Shown one piece after another: positions 30,001-45,000 of a stretch of DNA of 64,000 nucleotides. The notes beneath the pieces are model-generated. The model made no database searches, was not told the DNA's origin, and worked only from the letters and a program-made list of their open reading frames with translations. Origin of the DNA: Eledone cirrhosa (taxonomy: Eukaryota); assembly GCA_964016885.1 (NCBI GenBank), contig OZ024757.1, positions 11,594,001-11,658,000 on the forward strand. The letters are read 5' to 3'. A program made the translations under genes and the position numbers. Every line of letters starts with the position of its first letter. Position 1 is the stretch's first letter.

Positions 30001-33000
30001 TATTTCTGAGCCGAATAATACAAGTAAATATAAGTTAATATATATGATGAAACACAAATACCAACATATCGGTGTTTATATTGTAAACAAAATTAAGTTA
30101 GTTAGTATGAAATATACTAATTATAATATTACAGTTTGCCTATCTCCATTTAAAATAATAAATCAATAAAAACACACAGTATTGGCAAATGGCCATGGTG
30201 TTTAGACAAATTTAAATTTCAAAATCAAACCTGTTCCATAGAGAAGTTTAAACTTTAAAATCCAAATATGTTTCGAGATGAATAAGTGTAAGGATATCAT
30301 GTCCAGCTCACATCAGTAAACACCCTGAACAAATTGATATGCTTCACTTCTAAATATTTTAAAAGACTGTTTAACGCACATAGTTTTCCAGATTCTAGCC
30401 AGCCTCATACGCGTACTACTAGAAATAACAGCCGTATATATGGGGCTACTATCAGCTCAACGTAAGGAGCAATTATATTAAGTGTATTGACTTCTAAACT
30501 CAAGCATTCCTTTACAATGAAATAGCTCAAAGAAAGAAATATGTCTGAGCCGTATAATACAAGTAAATATAAGTTAATATATATGATGAAACACAAATAC
30601 CAACATATCTGTGTTTATATTGTAAACGAAATTAAGTTAGCTAGAATGAAATATACTAATTATAATATTACAGTTTGCCTATCTCGATTTAAAATAATAA
30701 ATCAATAAAAACACACAGTATTGGCAAATGGCCATGGTGTTTAGACAAATTTAAATTTCAAAATCAAACCTGTTCCATAGATAAGTTTAAACTTTAAAAT
30801 CCAAATATGTTTTGAGATGAATAAGTGTAAGGATATCATGTCCAGCTGACATCAGTAAACACCCTGAACAAATTGATATGCTTCACATCTAAATATTTTA
30901 AAAGACTGTTTAACGCACATAGTTTTACAGTTTCTAGCCAACCTCATACTCGTACTGCTAGAAATAACAGCCGTATATATGGGGCTACTATGAGCTCAAC
31001 GTAAGGAGCAATTATATTAAGTGTATTGAGTTCAAAACTCAAGCATTCCTTTACAATGAAATAGCTCAAAGAAAGAAATATTTCTGAGCCGTATAATACA
31101 AGTAAATATAAATTAATATATATGATGAAACACAAATACCAACATATCTGTGTTTATATTGTAAAAGAAATTTAGTTAGCTAGAATGAAGTATACTAATT
31201 ATAATATTACAATTTGCCTATCTCGATTAAAAATAATAAATCAATAAAAACAAACAGTATTGGCAAATGGCCATGGTGTTTAGACAAATTTAAATTTCAA
31301 AATCGAATCTGTTCCATTCATAAGTTTAAACTTTAAAATCCAAATATGTTTCGAGATGAATAAGTGTAAGGATATCATGTCCAGCTCACATCAGTAAACA
31401 CCCTGAACAAATTGATATGCTTCACATCTAAATACTTTAAAAGACTGTTTAACGCACATAGTTTTCCAGATTCTAGCCAGCCTCATACGCGTACTGCTAG
31501 AAATAACAGCCGTATATATGGGGCTACTATCAGCTCAACGTAAGGAGCAATTATATTAAGTGTATTGAGTTCAAAACTCAAGCATTCCTTTACAATGAAA
31601 TAGCTCAAAGTAAGAAATATTTCTGTGCCGTATAATACAAGTAAATATAATTAATATATATGATGAAACACAAATACCAACATATCTGTGTTTATAATGT
31701 AAAAGAAATTGAGTTAGCTAGAATGAAATATACTAATTATAATATTACAGTTTGCCTATCTCGATTTAAAATAATAAATCAATGAAAATACACAGTATTG
31801 GCAAATGGCCATGGTGTTTAGACAAATTTAAATTTCAAAATCAAACCTGTTCCTTAGATAAGTTTAAACTTTAAAATCCAAATATGTTTCGAGATGAATA
31901 AGTGTAAGGATATCATGTCCAGCTCACATCAGTAAACACCCTGAACAAATTGATATGCTTCACTTCTAAATATTTTAAAAGAATGTTTAACGCACATAGT
32001 TTTCCAGATTCTAGCCAGCCTCATACGCGTACTGCTAGAAATAACAGCCGTATATATGGGGCTACTATCAGCTCAACGTAAGGAGCAATTATATTAAGTG
32101 TATTGACTTCAAAACTCAAGCATTCCTTTACAATGAAATAGCTCAAAGAAAAAAATATTTCTGAGCCGAATAATACAAGTAAATATAAGTTAATATATAT
32201 GATGAAACACAAATACCAACATATCGGTGTTTATATTGTAAACGAAATTAAGTTAGTTAGTATGAAATATACTAATTATAATATTACAGTTTGCCTATCT
32301 CCATTTAAAATAATAAATCAATAAAAACACACAGTATTGGCAAATGGCCATGGTGTTTAGACAAATTTAAATTTCAAAATCAAACCTGTTCCATAGAGAA
32401 GTTTAAACTTTAAAATCCAAATATGTTTCGAGATGAATAAGTGTAAGGATATCATGTCCAGCTCACATCAGTAAACACCCTGAACAAATTGATATGCTTC
32501 ACTTCTAAATATTTTAAAAGACTGTTTAACGCACATAGTTTTCCAGATTCTAGCCAGCCTCATACGCGTACTACTAGAAATAACAGCCGTATATATGGGG
32601 CTACTATCAGCTCAACGTAAGGAGCAATTATATTAAGTGTATTGACTTCTAAACTCAAGCATTCCTTTACAATGAAATAGCTCAAAGAAAGAAATATGTC
32701 TGAGCTGTATAATACAAGTAAATATAAGTTAATATATATGATGAAACACAAATACCAACATATCTGTGTTTATATTGTAAACGAAATTAAGTTAGCTAGA
32801 ATGAAATATACTAATTATAATATTACAGTTTGCCTATCTCGATTTAAAATAATAAATCAATAAAAACACACAGTATTGGCAAATGGCCATGGTGTTTAGA
32901 CAAATTTAAATTTCAAAATCAAACCTGTTCCATAGATAAGTTTAAACTTTAAAATCCAAATATGTTTTGAGATGAATAAGTGTAAGGATATCATGTCCAG

Positions 33001-36000
33001 CTGACATCAGTAAACACCCTGAACAAATTGATATGCTTCACATCTAAATATTTTAAAAGACTGTTTAACGCACATAGTTTTACAGTTTCTAGCCAACCTC
33101 ATACTCGTACTGCTAGAAATAACAGCCGTATATATGGGGCTACTATGAGCTCAACGTAAGGAGCAATTATATTAAGTGTATTGAGTTCAAAACTCAAGCA
33201 TTCCTTTACAATGAAATAGCTCAAAGAAAGAAATATTTCTGAGCCGTATAATACAAGTAAATATAAATTAATATATATGATGAAACACAAATACCAACAT
33301 ATCTGTGTTTATATTGTAAAAGAAATTTAGTTAGCTAGAATGAAGTATACTAATTATAATATTACAATTTGCCTATCTCGATTAAAAATAATAAATCAAT
33401 AAAAACAAACAGTATTGGCAAATGGCCATGGTGTTTAGACAAATTTAAATTTCAAAATCGAATCTGTTCCATTCATAAGTTTAAACTTTAAAATCCAAAT
33501 ATGTTTCGAGATGAATAAGTGTAAGGATATCATGTCCAGCTGACATCAGTAAACACCCTGAACAAATTGATATGCTTCACATCTAAATACTTTAAAAGAC
33601 TGTTTAACGCACATAGTTTTCCAGATTCTAGCCAGCCTCATACGCGTACTGCTAGAAATAACAGCCGTATATATGGGGCTACTATCAGCTCAACGTAAGG
33701 AGCAATTATATTAAGTGTATTGAGTTCAAAACTCAAGCATTCCTTTACAATGAAATAGCTCAAAGTAAGAAATATTTCTGTGCCGTATAATACAAGTAAA
33801 TATAATTAATATATATGATGAAACACAAATACCAACATATCTGTGTTTATAATGTAAAAGAAATTGAGTTAGCTAGAATGAAATATACTAATTATAATAT
33901 TACAGTTTGCCTATCTCGATTTAAAATAATAAATCAATGAAAATACACAGTATTGGCAAATGGCCATGGTGTTTAGACAAATTTAAATTTCAAAATCAAA
34001 CCTGTTCCTTAGATAAGTTTAAACTTTAAAATCCAAATATGTTTCGAGATGAATAAGTGTAAGGATATCATGTCCAGCTCACATCAGTAAACACCCTGAA
34101 CAAATTGATATGCTTCACTTCTAAATATTTTAAAAGAATGTTTAACGCACATAGTTTTCCAGATTCTAGCCAGCCTCATACGCGTACTGCTAGAAATAAC
34201 AGCCGTATATATGGGGCTACTATCAGCTCAACGTAAGGAGCAATTATATTAAGTGTATTGACTTCAAAACTCAAGCATTCCTTTACAATGAAATAGCTCA
34301 AAGAAAAAAATATTTCTGAGCCGAATAATACAAGTAAATATAAGTTAATATATATGATGAAACACAAATACCAACATATCGGTGTTTATATTGTAAACAA
34401 AATTAAGTTAGTTAGTATGAAATATACTAATTATAATATTACAGTTTGCCTATCTCCATTTAAAATAATAAATCAATAAAAACACACAGTATTGGCAAAT
34501 GGCCATGGTGTTTAGACAAATTTAAATTTCAAAATCAAACCTGTTCCATAGAGAAGTTTAAACTTTAAAATCCAAATATGTTTCGAGATGAATAAGTGTA
34601 AGGATATCATGTCCAGCTCACATCAGTAAACACCCTGAACAAATTGATATGCTTCACTTCTAAATATTTTAAAAGACTGTTTAACGCACATAGTTTTCCA
34701 GATTCTAGCCAGCCTCATACGCGTACTACTAGAAATAACAGCCGTATATATGGGGCTACTATCAGCTCAACGTAAGGAGCAATTATATTAAGTGTATTGA
34801 CTTCTAAACTCAAGCATTCCTTTACAATGAAATAGCTCAAAGAAAGAAATATGTCTGAGCCGTATAATACAAGTAAATATAAGTTAATATATATGATGAA
34901 ACACAAATACCAACATATCTGTGTTTATATTGTAAACGAAATTAAGTTAGCTAGAATGAAATATACTAATTATAATATTACAGTTTGCCTATCTCGATTT
35001 AAAATAATCAATCAATAAAAACACACAGTATTGGCAAATGGCCATGGTGTTTAGACAAATTTAAATTTCAAAATCAAACCTGTTCCATAGATAAGTTTAA
35101 ACTTTAAAATCCAAATATGTTTTGAGATGAATAAGTGTAAGGATATCATGTCCAGCTGACATCAGTAAACACCCTGAACAAATTGATATGCTTCACATCT
35201 AAATATTTTAAAAGACTGTTTAACGCACATAGTTTTACAGTTTCTAGCCAACCTCATACTCGTACTGCTAGAAATAACAGCCGTATATATGGGGCTACTA
35301 TGAGCTCAACGTAAGGAGCAATTATATTAAGTGTATTGAGTTCAAAACTCAAGCATTCCTTTACAATGAAATAGCTCAAAGAAAGAAATATTTCTGAGCC
35401 GTATAATACAAGTAAATATAAATTAATATATATGATGAAACACAAATACCAACATATCTGTGTTTATATTGTAAAAGAAATTTAGTTAGCTAGAATGAAG
35501 TATACTAATTATAATATTACAATTTGCCTATCTCGATTAAAAATAATAAATCAATAAAAACAAACAGTATTGGCAAATGGCCATGGTGTTTAGACAAATT
35601 TAAATTTCAAAATCGAATCTGTTCCATTCATAAGTTTAAACTTTAAAATCCAAATATGTTTCGAGATGAATAAGTGTAAGGATATCATGTCCAGCTCACA
35701 TCAGTAAACACCCTGAACAAATTGATATGCTTCACATCTAAATACTTTAAAAGACTGTTTAACGCACATAGTTTTCCAGATTCTAGCCAGCCTCATACGC
35801 GTACTGCTAGAAATAACAGCCGTATATATGGGGCTACTATCAGCTCAACGTAAGGAGCAATTATATTAAGTGTATTGAGTTCAAAACTCAAGCATTCCTT
35901 TACAATGAAATAGCTCAAAGTAAGAAATATTTCTGTGCCGTATAATACAAGTAAATATAATTAATATATATGATGAAACACAAATACCAACATATCTGTG

Positions 36001-39000
36001 TTTATAATGTAAAAGAAATTGAGTTAGCTAGAATGAAATATACTAATTATAATATTACAGTTTGCCTATCTCGATTTAAAATAATAAATCAATGAAAATA
36101 CACAGTATTGGCAAATGGCCATGGTGTTTAGACAAATTTAAATTTCAAAATCAAACCTGTTCCTTAGATAAGTTTAAACTTTAAAATCCAAATATGTTTC
36201 GAGATGAATAAGTGTAAGGATATCATGTCCAGCTCACATCAGTAAACACCCTGAACAAATTGATATGCTTCACTTCTAAATATTTTAAAAGAATGTTTAA
36301 CGCACATAGTTTTCCAGATTCTAGCCAGCCTCATACGCGTACTGCTAGAAATAACAGCCGTATATATGGGGCTACTATCAGCTCAACGTAAGGAGCAATT
36401 ATATTAAGTGTATTGACTTCAAAACTCAAGCATTCCTTTACAATGAAATAGCTCAAAGAAAAAAATATTTCTGAGCCGAATAATACAAGTAAATATAAGT
36501 TAATATATATGATGAAACACAAATACCAACATATCGGTGTTTATATTGTAAACGAAATTAAGTTAGTTAGTATGAAATATACTAATTATAATATTACAGT
36601 TTGCCTATCTCCATTTAAAATAATAAATCAATAAAAACACACAGTATTGGCAAATGGCCATGGTGTTTAGACAAATTTAAATTTCAAAATCAAACCTGTT
36701 CCATAGAGAAGTTTAAACTTTAAAATCCAAATATGTTTCGAGATGAATAAGTGTAAGGATATCATGTCCAGCTCACATCAGTAAACACCCTGAACAAATT
36801 GATATGCTTCACTTCTAAATATTTTAAAAGACTGTTTAACGCACATAGTTTTCCAGATTCTAGCCAGCCTCATACGCGTACTACTAGAAATAACAGCCGT
36901 ATATATGGGGCTACTATCAGCTCAACGTAAGGAGCAATTATATTAAGTGTATTGACTTCTAAACTCAAGCATTCCTTTACAATGAAATAGCTCAAAGAAA
37001 GAAATATGTCTGAGCCGTATAATACAAGTAAATATAAGTTAATATATATGATGAAACACAAATACCAACATATCTGTGTTTATATTGTAAACGAAATTAA
37101 GTTAGCTAGAATGAAATATACTAATTATAATATTACAGTTTGCCTATCTCGATTTAAAATAATAAATCAATAAAAACACACAGTATTGGCAAATGGCCAT
37201 GGTGTTTAGACAAATTTAAATTTCAAAATCAAACCTGTTCCATAGATAAGTTTAAACTTTAAAATCCAAATATGTTTTGAGATGAATAAGTGTAAGGATA
37301 TCATGTCCAGCTCACATCAGTAAACACCCTGAACAAATTGATATGCTTCACATCTAAATATTTTAAAAGACTGTTTAACGCACATAGTTTTACAGTTTCT
37401 AGCCAACCTCATACTCGTACTGCTAGAAATAACAGCCGTATATATGGGGCTACTATGAGCTCAACGTAAGGAGCAATTATATTAAGTGTATTGAGTTCAA
37501 AACTCAAGCATTCCTTTACAATGAAATAGCTCAAAGAAAGAAATATTTCTGAGCCGTATAATACAAGTAAATATAAATTAATATATATGATGAAACACAA
37601 ATACCAACATATCTGTGTTTATATTGTAAAAGAAATTTAGTTAGCTAGAATGAAGTATACTAATTATAATATTACAATTTGCCTATCTCGATTAAAAATA
37701 ATAAATCAATAAAAACAAACAGTATTGGCAAATGGCCATGGTGTTTAGACAAATTTAAATTTCAAAATCGAATCTGTTCCATTCATAAGTTTAAACTTTA
37801 AAATCCAAATATGTTTCGAGATGAATAAGTGTAAGGATATCATGTCCAGCTCACATCAGTAAACACCCTGAACAAATTGATATGCTTCACTTCTAAATAT
37901 TTTAAAAGACCGTTTAACCCACATATTTTTCCAGTTTCTAGCCAGCCTCATACTCGTACTGCTAGAAATAACAGCCATATATATGGGGCTTCTATCAGCT
38001 CAACGTAAGGAGCAATTATATTAAGTGTATTGAGTTCAAAACTCAAGCATTCCTTTACAATGAAATAGCTCAAAGAAAGAAATATTTCTGAGCCGAATAA
38101 TACAAGTAAATATAAGTTAATATATATGATGAAACACAAATACCAACATATCGGTGTTTATATTGTAAAAGAAATTAAGTTAGTTAGTATGAAATATACT
38201 AATTATAATATTACAGTTTGCCTATCTCCATTTAAAATAATAAATCAATAAAAACACACAGTATTGGCAAATGGCCATGGTGTTTAGACAAATTTAAATT
38301 TCAAAATCAAACCTGTTCCATAGATAAGTTTAAACTTTAAAATCCAAATATGTTTCGAGATGAATAAGTGTAAGGATATCATGTCCAGCTCACATCAGTA
38401 AACACCCTGAACAAATTGATATGCTTCACTTCTAAATATTTTAAAAGACTGTTTAACGCACATAGTTTTCCAGATTCTAGCCAGCCTCATACGCGTACTG
38501 CTAGAAATAACAGCCGTATATATGGGGCTACTATCAGCTCAACGTAAGGAGCAATTATATTAAGTGTATTGACTTCTAAACTCAAGCATTCCTTTACAAT
38601 GAAATAGCTCAAAGAAAGAAATATTTCTGAGCCGTATAATACAAGTAAATATAAGTTAATATATATGATGAAACACAAATACCAACATATCTGTGTTTAT
38701 ATTGTAAACGAAATTAAGTTAGCTAGAATGAAATATACTAATTATAATATTACAGTTTGCCTATCTCGATTTAAAATAATAAATCAATAAAAACACACAG
38801 TATTGGCAAATGGCCATGGTGTTTAGACAAATTTAAATTTCAAAATCAAACCTGTTCCATAGATAAGTTTAAACTTTAAAATCCAAATATGTTTTGAGAT
38901 GAATAAGTGTAAGGATATCATGTCCAGCTGACATCAGTAAACACCCTGAACAAATTGATATGCTTCACATCTAAATATTTTAAAAGACTGTTTAACGCAC

Positions 39001-42000
39001 ATAGTTTTACAGTTTCTAGCCAACCTCATACTCGTACTGCTAGAAATAACAGCCGTATATATGGGGCTACTATGAGCTCAACGTAAGGAGCAATTATATT
39101 AAGTGTATTGAGTTCAAAACTCAAGCATTCCTTTACAATGAAATAGCTCAAAGAAAGAAATATTTCTGAGCCGTATAATACAAGTAAATATAAATTAATA
39201 TATATGATGAAACACAAATACCAACATATCTGTGTTTATATTGTAAAAGAAATTTAGTTAGCTAGAATGAAGTATACTAATTATAATATTACAGTTTGCC
39301 TATCTCGATTTAAAATAATAAATCAATAAAAATACACAGTATTGGCAAATGGCCATGGTGTTTAGACAAATTTAAATTTCAAAATCAAACCTGTTCCTTA
39401 GATAAGTTTAAACTTTAAAATCCAAATATGTTTCGAGATGAATAAGTGTAAGGATATCATGTCCAGCTCACATCAGTAAACACCCTGAACAAATTGATAT
39501 GCTTCACTTCTAAATATTTTAAAAGACTGTTTAACGCACATGGTTTTCCAGATTCTGGCCAGTCTCATACTCGTACTGCTAGAAATAACAGCCGTATATA
39601 TTGGGCTACTATCATCTCAACGTAAGGAGCAATTATATTAAGTGTATTGAGTTCAAAACTCAAGCATTCCTTTACAATGAAATAGCTCAAAGAAAGAAAT
39701 ATTTCTGAGCCGAATAATACAAGTAAATATAAGTTAATATATATGATGAAACACAAATACCAACATATCTGTGTTTATATTGTAAAAGAAATTTAGTTAG
39801 CTAGAATGAAGTATACTAATTATAATATTACAATTTGCCTATCTCGATTAAAAATAATAAATCAATAAAAACAAACAGTATTGGCAAATGGCCATGGTGT
39901 TTAGACAAATTTAAATTTCAAAATCGAATCTGTTCCATTCATAAGTTTAAACTTTAAAATCCAAATATGTTTCGAGATGAATAAGTGTAAGGATATCATG
40001 TCCAGCTCACATCAGTAAACACCCTGAACAAATTGATATGCTTCACTTCTAAATATTTTAAAAGACCGTTTAACCCACATATTTTTCCAGTTTCTAGCCA
40101 GCCTCATACTCGTACTGCTAGAAATAACAGCCATATATATGGGGCTTCTATCAGCTCAACGTAAGGAGCAATTATATTAAGTGTATTGAGTTCAAAACTC
40201 AAGCATTCCTTTACAATGAAATAGCTCAAAGAAAGAAATATTTCTGAGCCGAATAATACAAGTAAATATAAGTTAATATATATGATGAAACACAAATACC
40301 AACATATCGGTGTTTATATTGTAAAAGAAATTAAGTTAGTTAGTATGAATTATACTAATTATAATATTACAGTTTGCCTATCTCCATTTAAAATAATAAA
40401 TCAATAAAAACACACAGTATTGGCAAATGGCCATGGTGTTTAGACAAATTTAAATTTCAAAATCAAACCTGTTCCATAGATAAGTTTAAACTTTAAAATC
40501 CAAATATGTTTCGAGATGAATAAGTGTAAGGATATCATGTCCAGCTCACATCAGTAAACACCCTGAACAAATTGATATGCTTCACTTCTAAATATTTTAA
40601 AAGACTGTTTAACGCACATAGTTTTCCAGATTCTAGCCAGCCTCATACGCGTACTGCTAGAAATAACAGCCGTATATATGGGGCTACTATCAGCTCAACG
40701 TAAGGAGCAATTATATTAAGTGTATTGACTTCTAAACTCAAGCATTCCTTTACAATGAAATAGCTCAAAGAAAGAAATATTTCTGAGCCGTATAATACAA
40801 GTAAATATAAGTTAATATATATGATGAAACACAAATACCAACATATCTGTGTTTATATTGTAAACGAAATTAAGTTAGCTAGAATGAAATATACTAATTA
40901 TAATATTACAGTTTGCCTATCTCGATTTAAAATAATAAATCAATAAAAACACACAGTATTGGCAAATGGCCATGGTGTTTAGACAAATTTAAATTTCAAA
41001 ATCAAACCTGTTCCATAGATAAGTTTAAACTTTAAAATCCAAATATGTTTTGAGATGAATAAGTGTAAGGATATCATGTCCAGCTGACATCAGTAAACAC
41101 CCTGAACAAATTGATATGCTTCACATCTAAATATTTTAAAAGACTGTTTAACGCACATAGTTTTACAGTTTCTAGCCAACCTCATACTCGTACTGCTAGA
41201 AATAACAGCCGTATATATGGGGCTACTATGAGCTCAACGTAAGGAGCAATTATATTAAGTGTATTGAGTTCAAAACTCAAGCATTCCTTTACAATGAAAT
41301 AGCTCAAAGAAAGAAATATTTCTGAGCCGTATAATACAAGTAAATATAAATTAATATATATGATGAAACACAAATACCAACATATCTGTGTTTATATTGT
41401 AAAAGAAATTTAGTTAGCTAGAATGAAGTATACTAATTATAATATTACAGTTTGCCTATCTCGATTTAAAATAATAAATCAATAAAAATACACAGTATTG
41501 GCAAATGGCCATGGTGTTTAGACAAATTTAAATTTCAAAATCAAACCTGTTCCTTAGATAAGTTTAAACTTTAAAATCCAAATATGTTTCGAGATGAATA
41601 AGTGTAAGGATATCATGTCCAGCTCACATCAGTAAACACCCTGAACAAATTGATATGCTTCACTTCTAAATATTTTAAAAGACTGTTTAACGCACATGGT
41701 TTTCCAGATTCTGGCCAGTCTCATACTCGTACTGCTAGAAATAACAGCCGTATATATTGGGCTACTATCATCTCAACGTAAGGAGCAATTATATTAAGTG
41801 TATTGAGTTCAAAACTCAAGCATTCCTTTACAATGAAATAGCTCAAAGAAAGAAATATTTCTGAGCCGAATAATACAAGTAAATATAAGTTAATATATAT
41901 GATGAAACACAAATACCAACATATCTGTGTTTATATTCTAAAAGAAATTTAGTTAGCTAGAATGAAGTATACTAATTATAATATTACAATTTGCCTATCT

Positions 42001-45000
42001 CGATTAAAAATAATAAATCAATAAAAACAAACAGTATTGGCAAATGGCCATGGTGTTTAGACAAATTTAAATTTCAAAATCGAATCTGTTCCATTCATAA
42101 GTTTAAACTGTAAAATCCAAATATGTTTCGAGATGAATAAGTGTAAGGATATCATGTCCAGCTCACATCAGTAAACACCCTGAACAAATTGATATGCTTC
42201 ACTTCTAAATATTTTAAAAGACCGTTTAACGCATATATTTTTCCAGTTTCTGGCCAGCCTCATACTCGTACTGCTAGAAATAACAGACATATATATGGGG
42301 CTTCTATCAGCTCAACATAAGGAGCAATTATATTAAGTGTATTGACTTCAAAACTCAAGCATTCCTTTACAATGAAATAGCTCAAAGAAAGAAATATTTC
42401 TGAGCCGAATAATACAAGTAAATATAAGTTAATATATATGATGAAACACAAATACCAACATATCGGTGTTTATATTGTAAAAGAAATTAAGTTAGTTAGT
42501 ATGAAATATACTAATTATAATATTACAGTTTGCCTATCTCGATTTAAAATAATAAATCAATAAAAACACAGAGTATTGGCAAATGGCCATGGTGATTAGA
42601 CAAATTTAAATTTCAAAATCAAACCTGTTCCATAGATAAGTTTAAATTTTAAAATCCAAATATGTTTCGAGATGAATAAGTGTAAGGATATCATGTCCAG
42701 CTCACATCAGTAAACACCCTGAACGAATTGATATGCTTCACTTCTAAATATTTTAAAAGACCGTTTAACCCACATATTTTTCCAGTTTCTAGCCAGCCTC
42801 ATACTCGTACTGCTAGAAATAACAGCCATATATATGGGGCTTCTATCAGCTCAACGTAAGGAGCAATTATATTAAGTGTATTGAGTTCAAAACTCAAGCA
42901 TTCCTTTACAATGAAATAGCTCAAAGAAAGAAATATTTCTGAGCCGAATAATACAAGTAAATATAAGTTAATATATATGATGAAACACAAATACCAACAT
43001 ATCGGTGTTTATATTGTAAAAGAAATTAAGTTAGTTAGTATGAAATATACTAATTATAATATTACAGTTTGCCTATCTCGATTTAAAATAATAAATCAAT
43101 AAAAACACACAGTATTGGCAAATGGCCATGGTGTTTAGACAAATTTAAATTTCAAAATCAAACCTGTTCCATAGATAAGTTTAAACTTTAAAATCCAAAT
43201 ATGTTTCGAGATGAATAAGTGTAAGGATATCATGTCCAGCTCACATCAGTAAACACCCTGAACAAATAGATATGCTTCACTTCTAAATATTTTAAAAGAC
43301 TGTTTAACGCACATAGTTTTCCAGATTCTAGCCAGCCTCATACGCGTACTGCTAGAAATAACAGCCATATATATGGGACTTCTATCAGCTCAACGTAAGG
43401 AGCAATTATATTAAGTGTATTGAGTTCAAAACTCAAGCATTCCTTTACAATGAAATAGCTCAAAGAAAGAAATACTTCTGAGCCGTATAATACAAGTAAA
43501 TATAAATTAATATATATGATGAAACACAAATACCAACATATCTGTGTTTATAATGTAAAAGAAATTAAGTTAGCTAGAATGAAATATACTAATTATAATA
43601 TTACAGTTTGCCTATCTCGATTTAAAATAAAAAATCAATAAAAACAAACAGTATTGGCAAATGGCCATGGTGTTTAGACGAATTTAAATTTCAAGATCAA
43701 ACCCGTTCCATAGATAAATTTAAACTTTAAAATCCAAATATGTTTCGAGATGAATAAGTGTAAGGATATCATGTCCAGCTCACATCAGCAAACACCCTGA
43801 ACAAATTGATATGCTTCACTTCTAAATATTTTAAAAGACCGTTTAACCCACATATTTTTCCATTTTCTAGCCAGCCTCATACTCGTACTGCTAGAAATAA
43901 CAGCCATATATATGGGGCTTCTATCAGCTCAACGTAAGGAGCAATTATATTAAGTGTATTGAGTTCAAAACTCAAGCATTCCTTTACAATGAAATAGCTC
44001 AAAGAAACAAATATTTCTGAGCCGAATAATACAAGTAAATATAAGTTAATATATATGATGAAACACAAATACCAACATATCGGTGTTTATATTGTAAAAG
44101 AAATTAAGTTAGTTAGTATGAAATATACTAATTATAATATTACAGTTTGCCTATCTCGATTCAAAATAATAAATCAATAAAAACAAACAGTATTGGCAAA
44201 TGGCCATGGTGTTTAGACAAATTTAAATTTCAAAATCGAACCTGTTCCATTCATAAGTTTAAACTTTAAAATCCAAATATGTTTCGAGATGAATAAGTGT
44301 AAGGATATCATGTCCAGCTCACATCAGTAAACACCCTGAACAAATTGATATGCTTCACTACTAAATATTTTAAAAGACTGTTTAACGCACAGTTTAACGC
44401 ACATAGTTATCAAATTTCTAGCCAGCCGCATACTCGTACTACTAGAAATAACAGCCATATATATGGGGCTACTATCAGCTCAACGTAAGGAGCAATTATA
44501 TTAAGTGTATTGAGTTCAAAACTCAAGCATTCCTTTACAATGAAATAGCTCAAAGAAAGAAATATTTCTGAGCCGAATAATACAAGTAAATATAAATTAA
44601 TATATATGATGAAACACAAATACCAACATATCGGTGTTTATATTGTAAAAGAAATTAAGTTAGTTAGTATGAAATATACTAATTATAATATTACAGTTTG
44701 CCTATCTCGATTTAAAATAATAAATCAATAAAAACAAACAGTATTGGCAAATGGCCATGGTGTTTAGACAAATTCAAATTTCAAAATCAAACCTGTTCCA
44801 TAGATAAGTTTAAACTTTAAAATCCAAATGTGTTTCGAGATGAATAAGTGTAAGGATATCATGTCCAGCTCACATCAGTAAACACCCTGAACAAATTGAT
44901 ATGCTTCACTTCTAAATATTTTAAAAGACCGTTTAACGCACATAGTTTTCCAGTTTCTAGCCAGCCTCATACTCGTACTGCTAGAAATAACAGCCGTATA

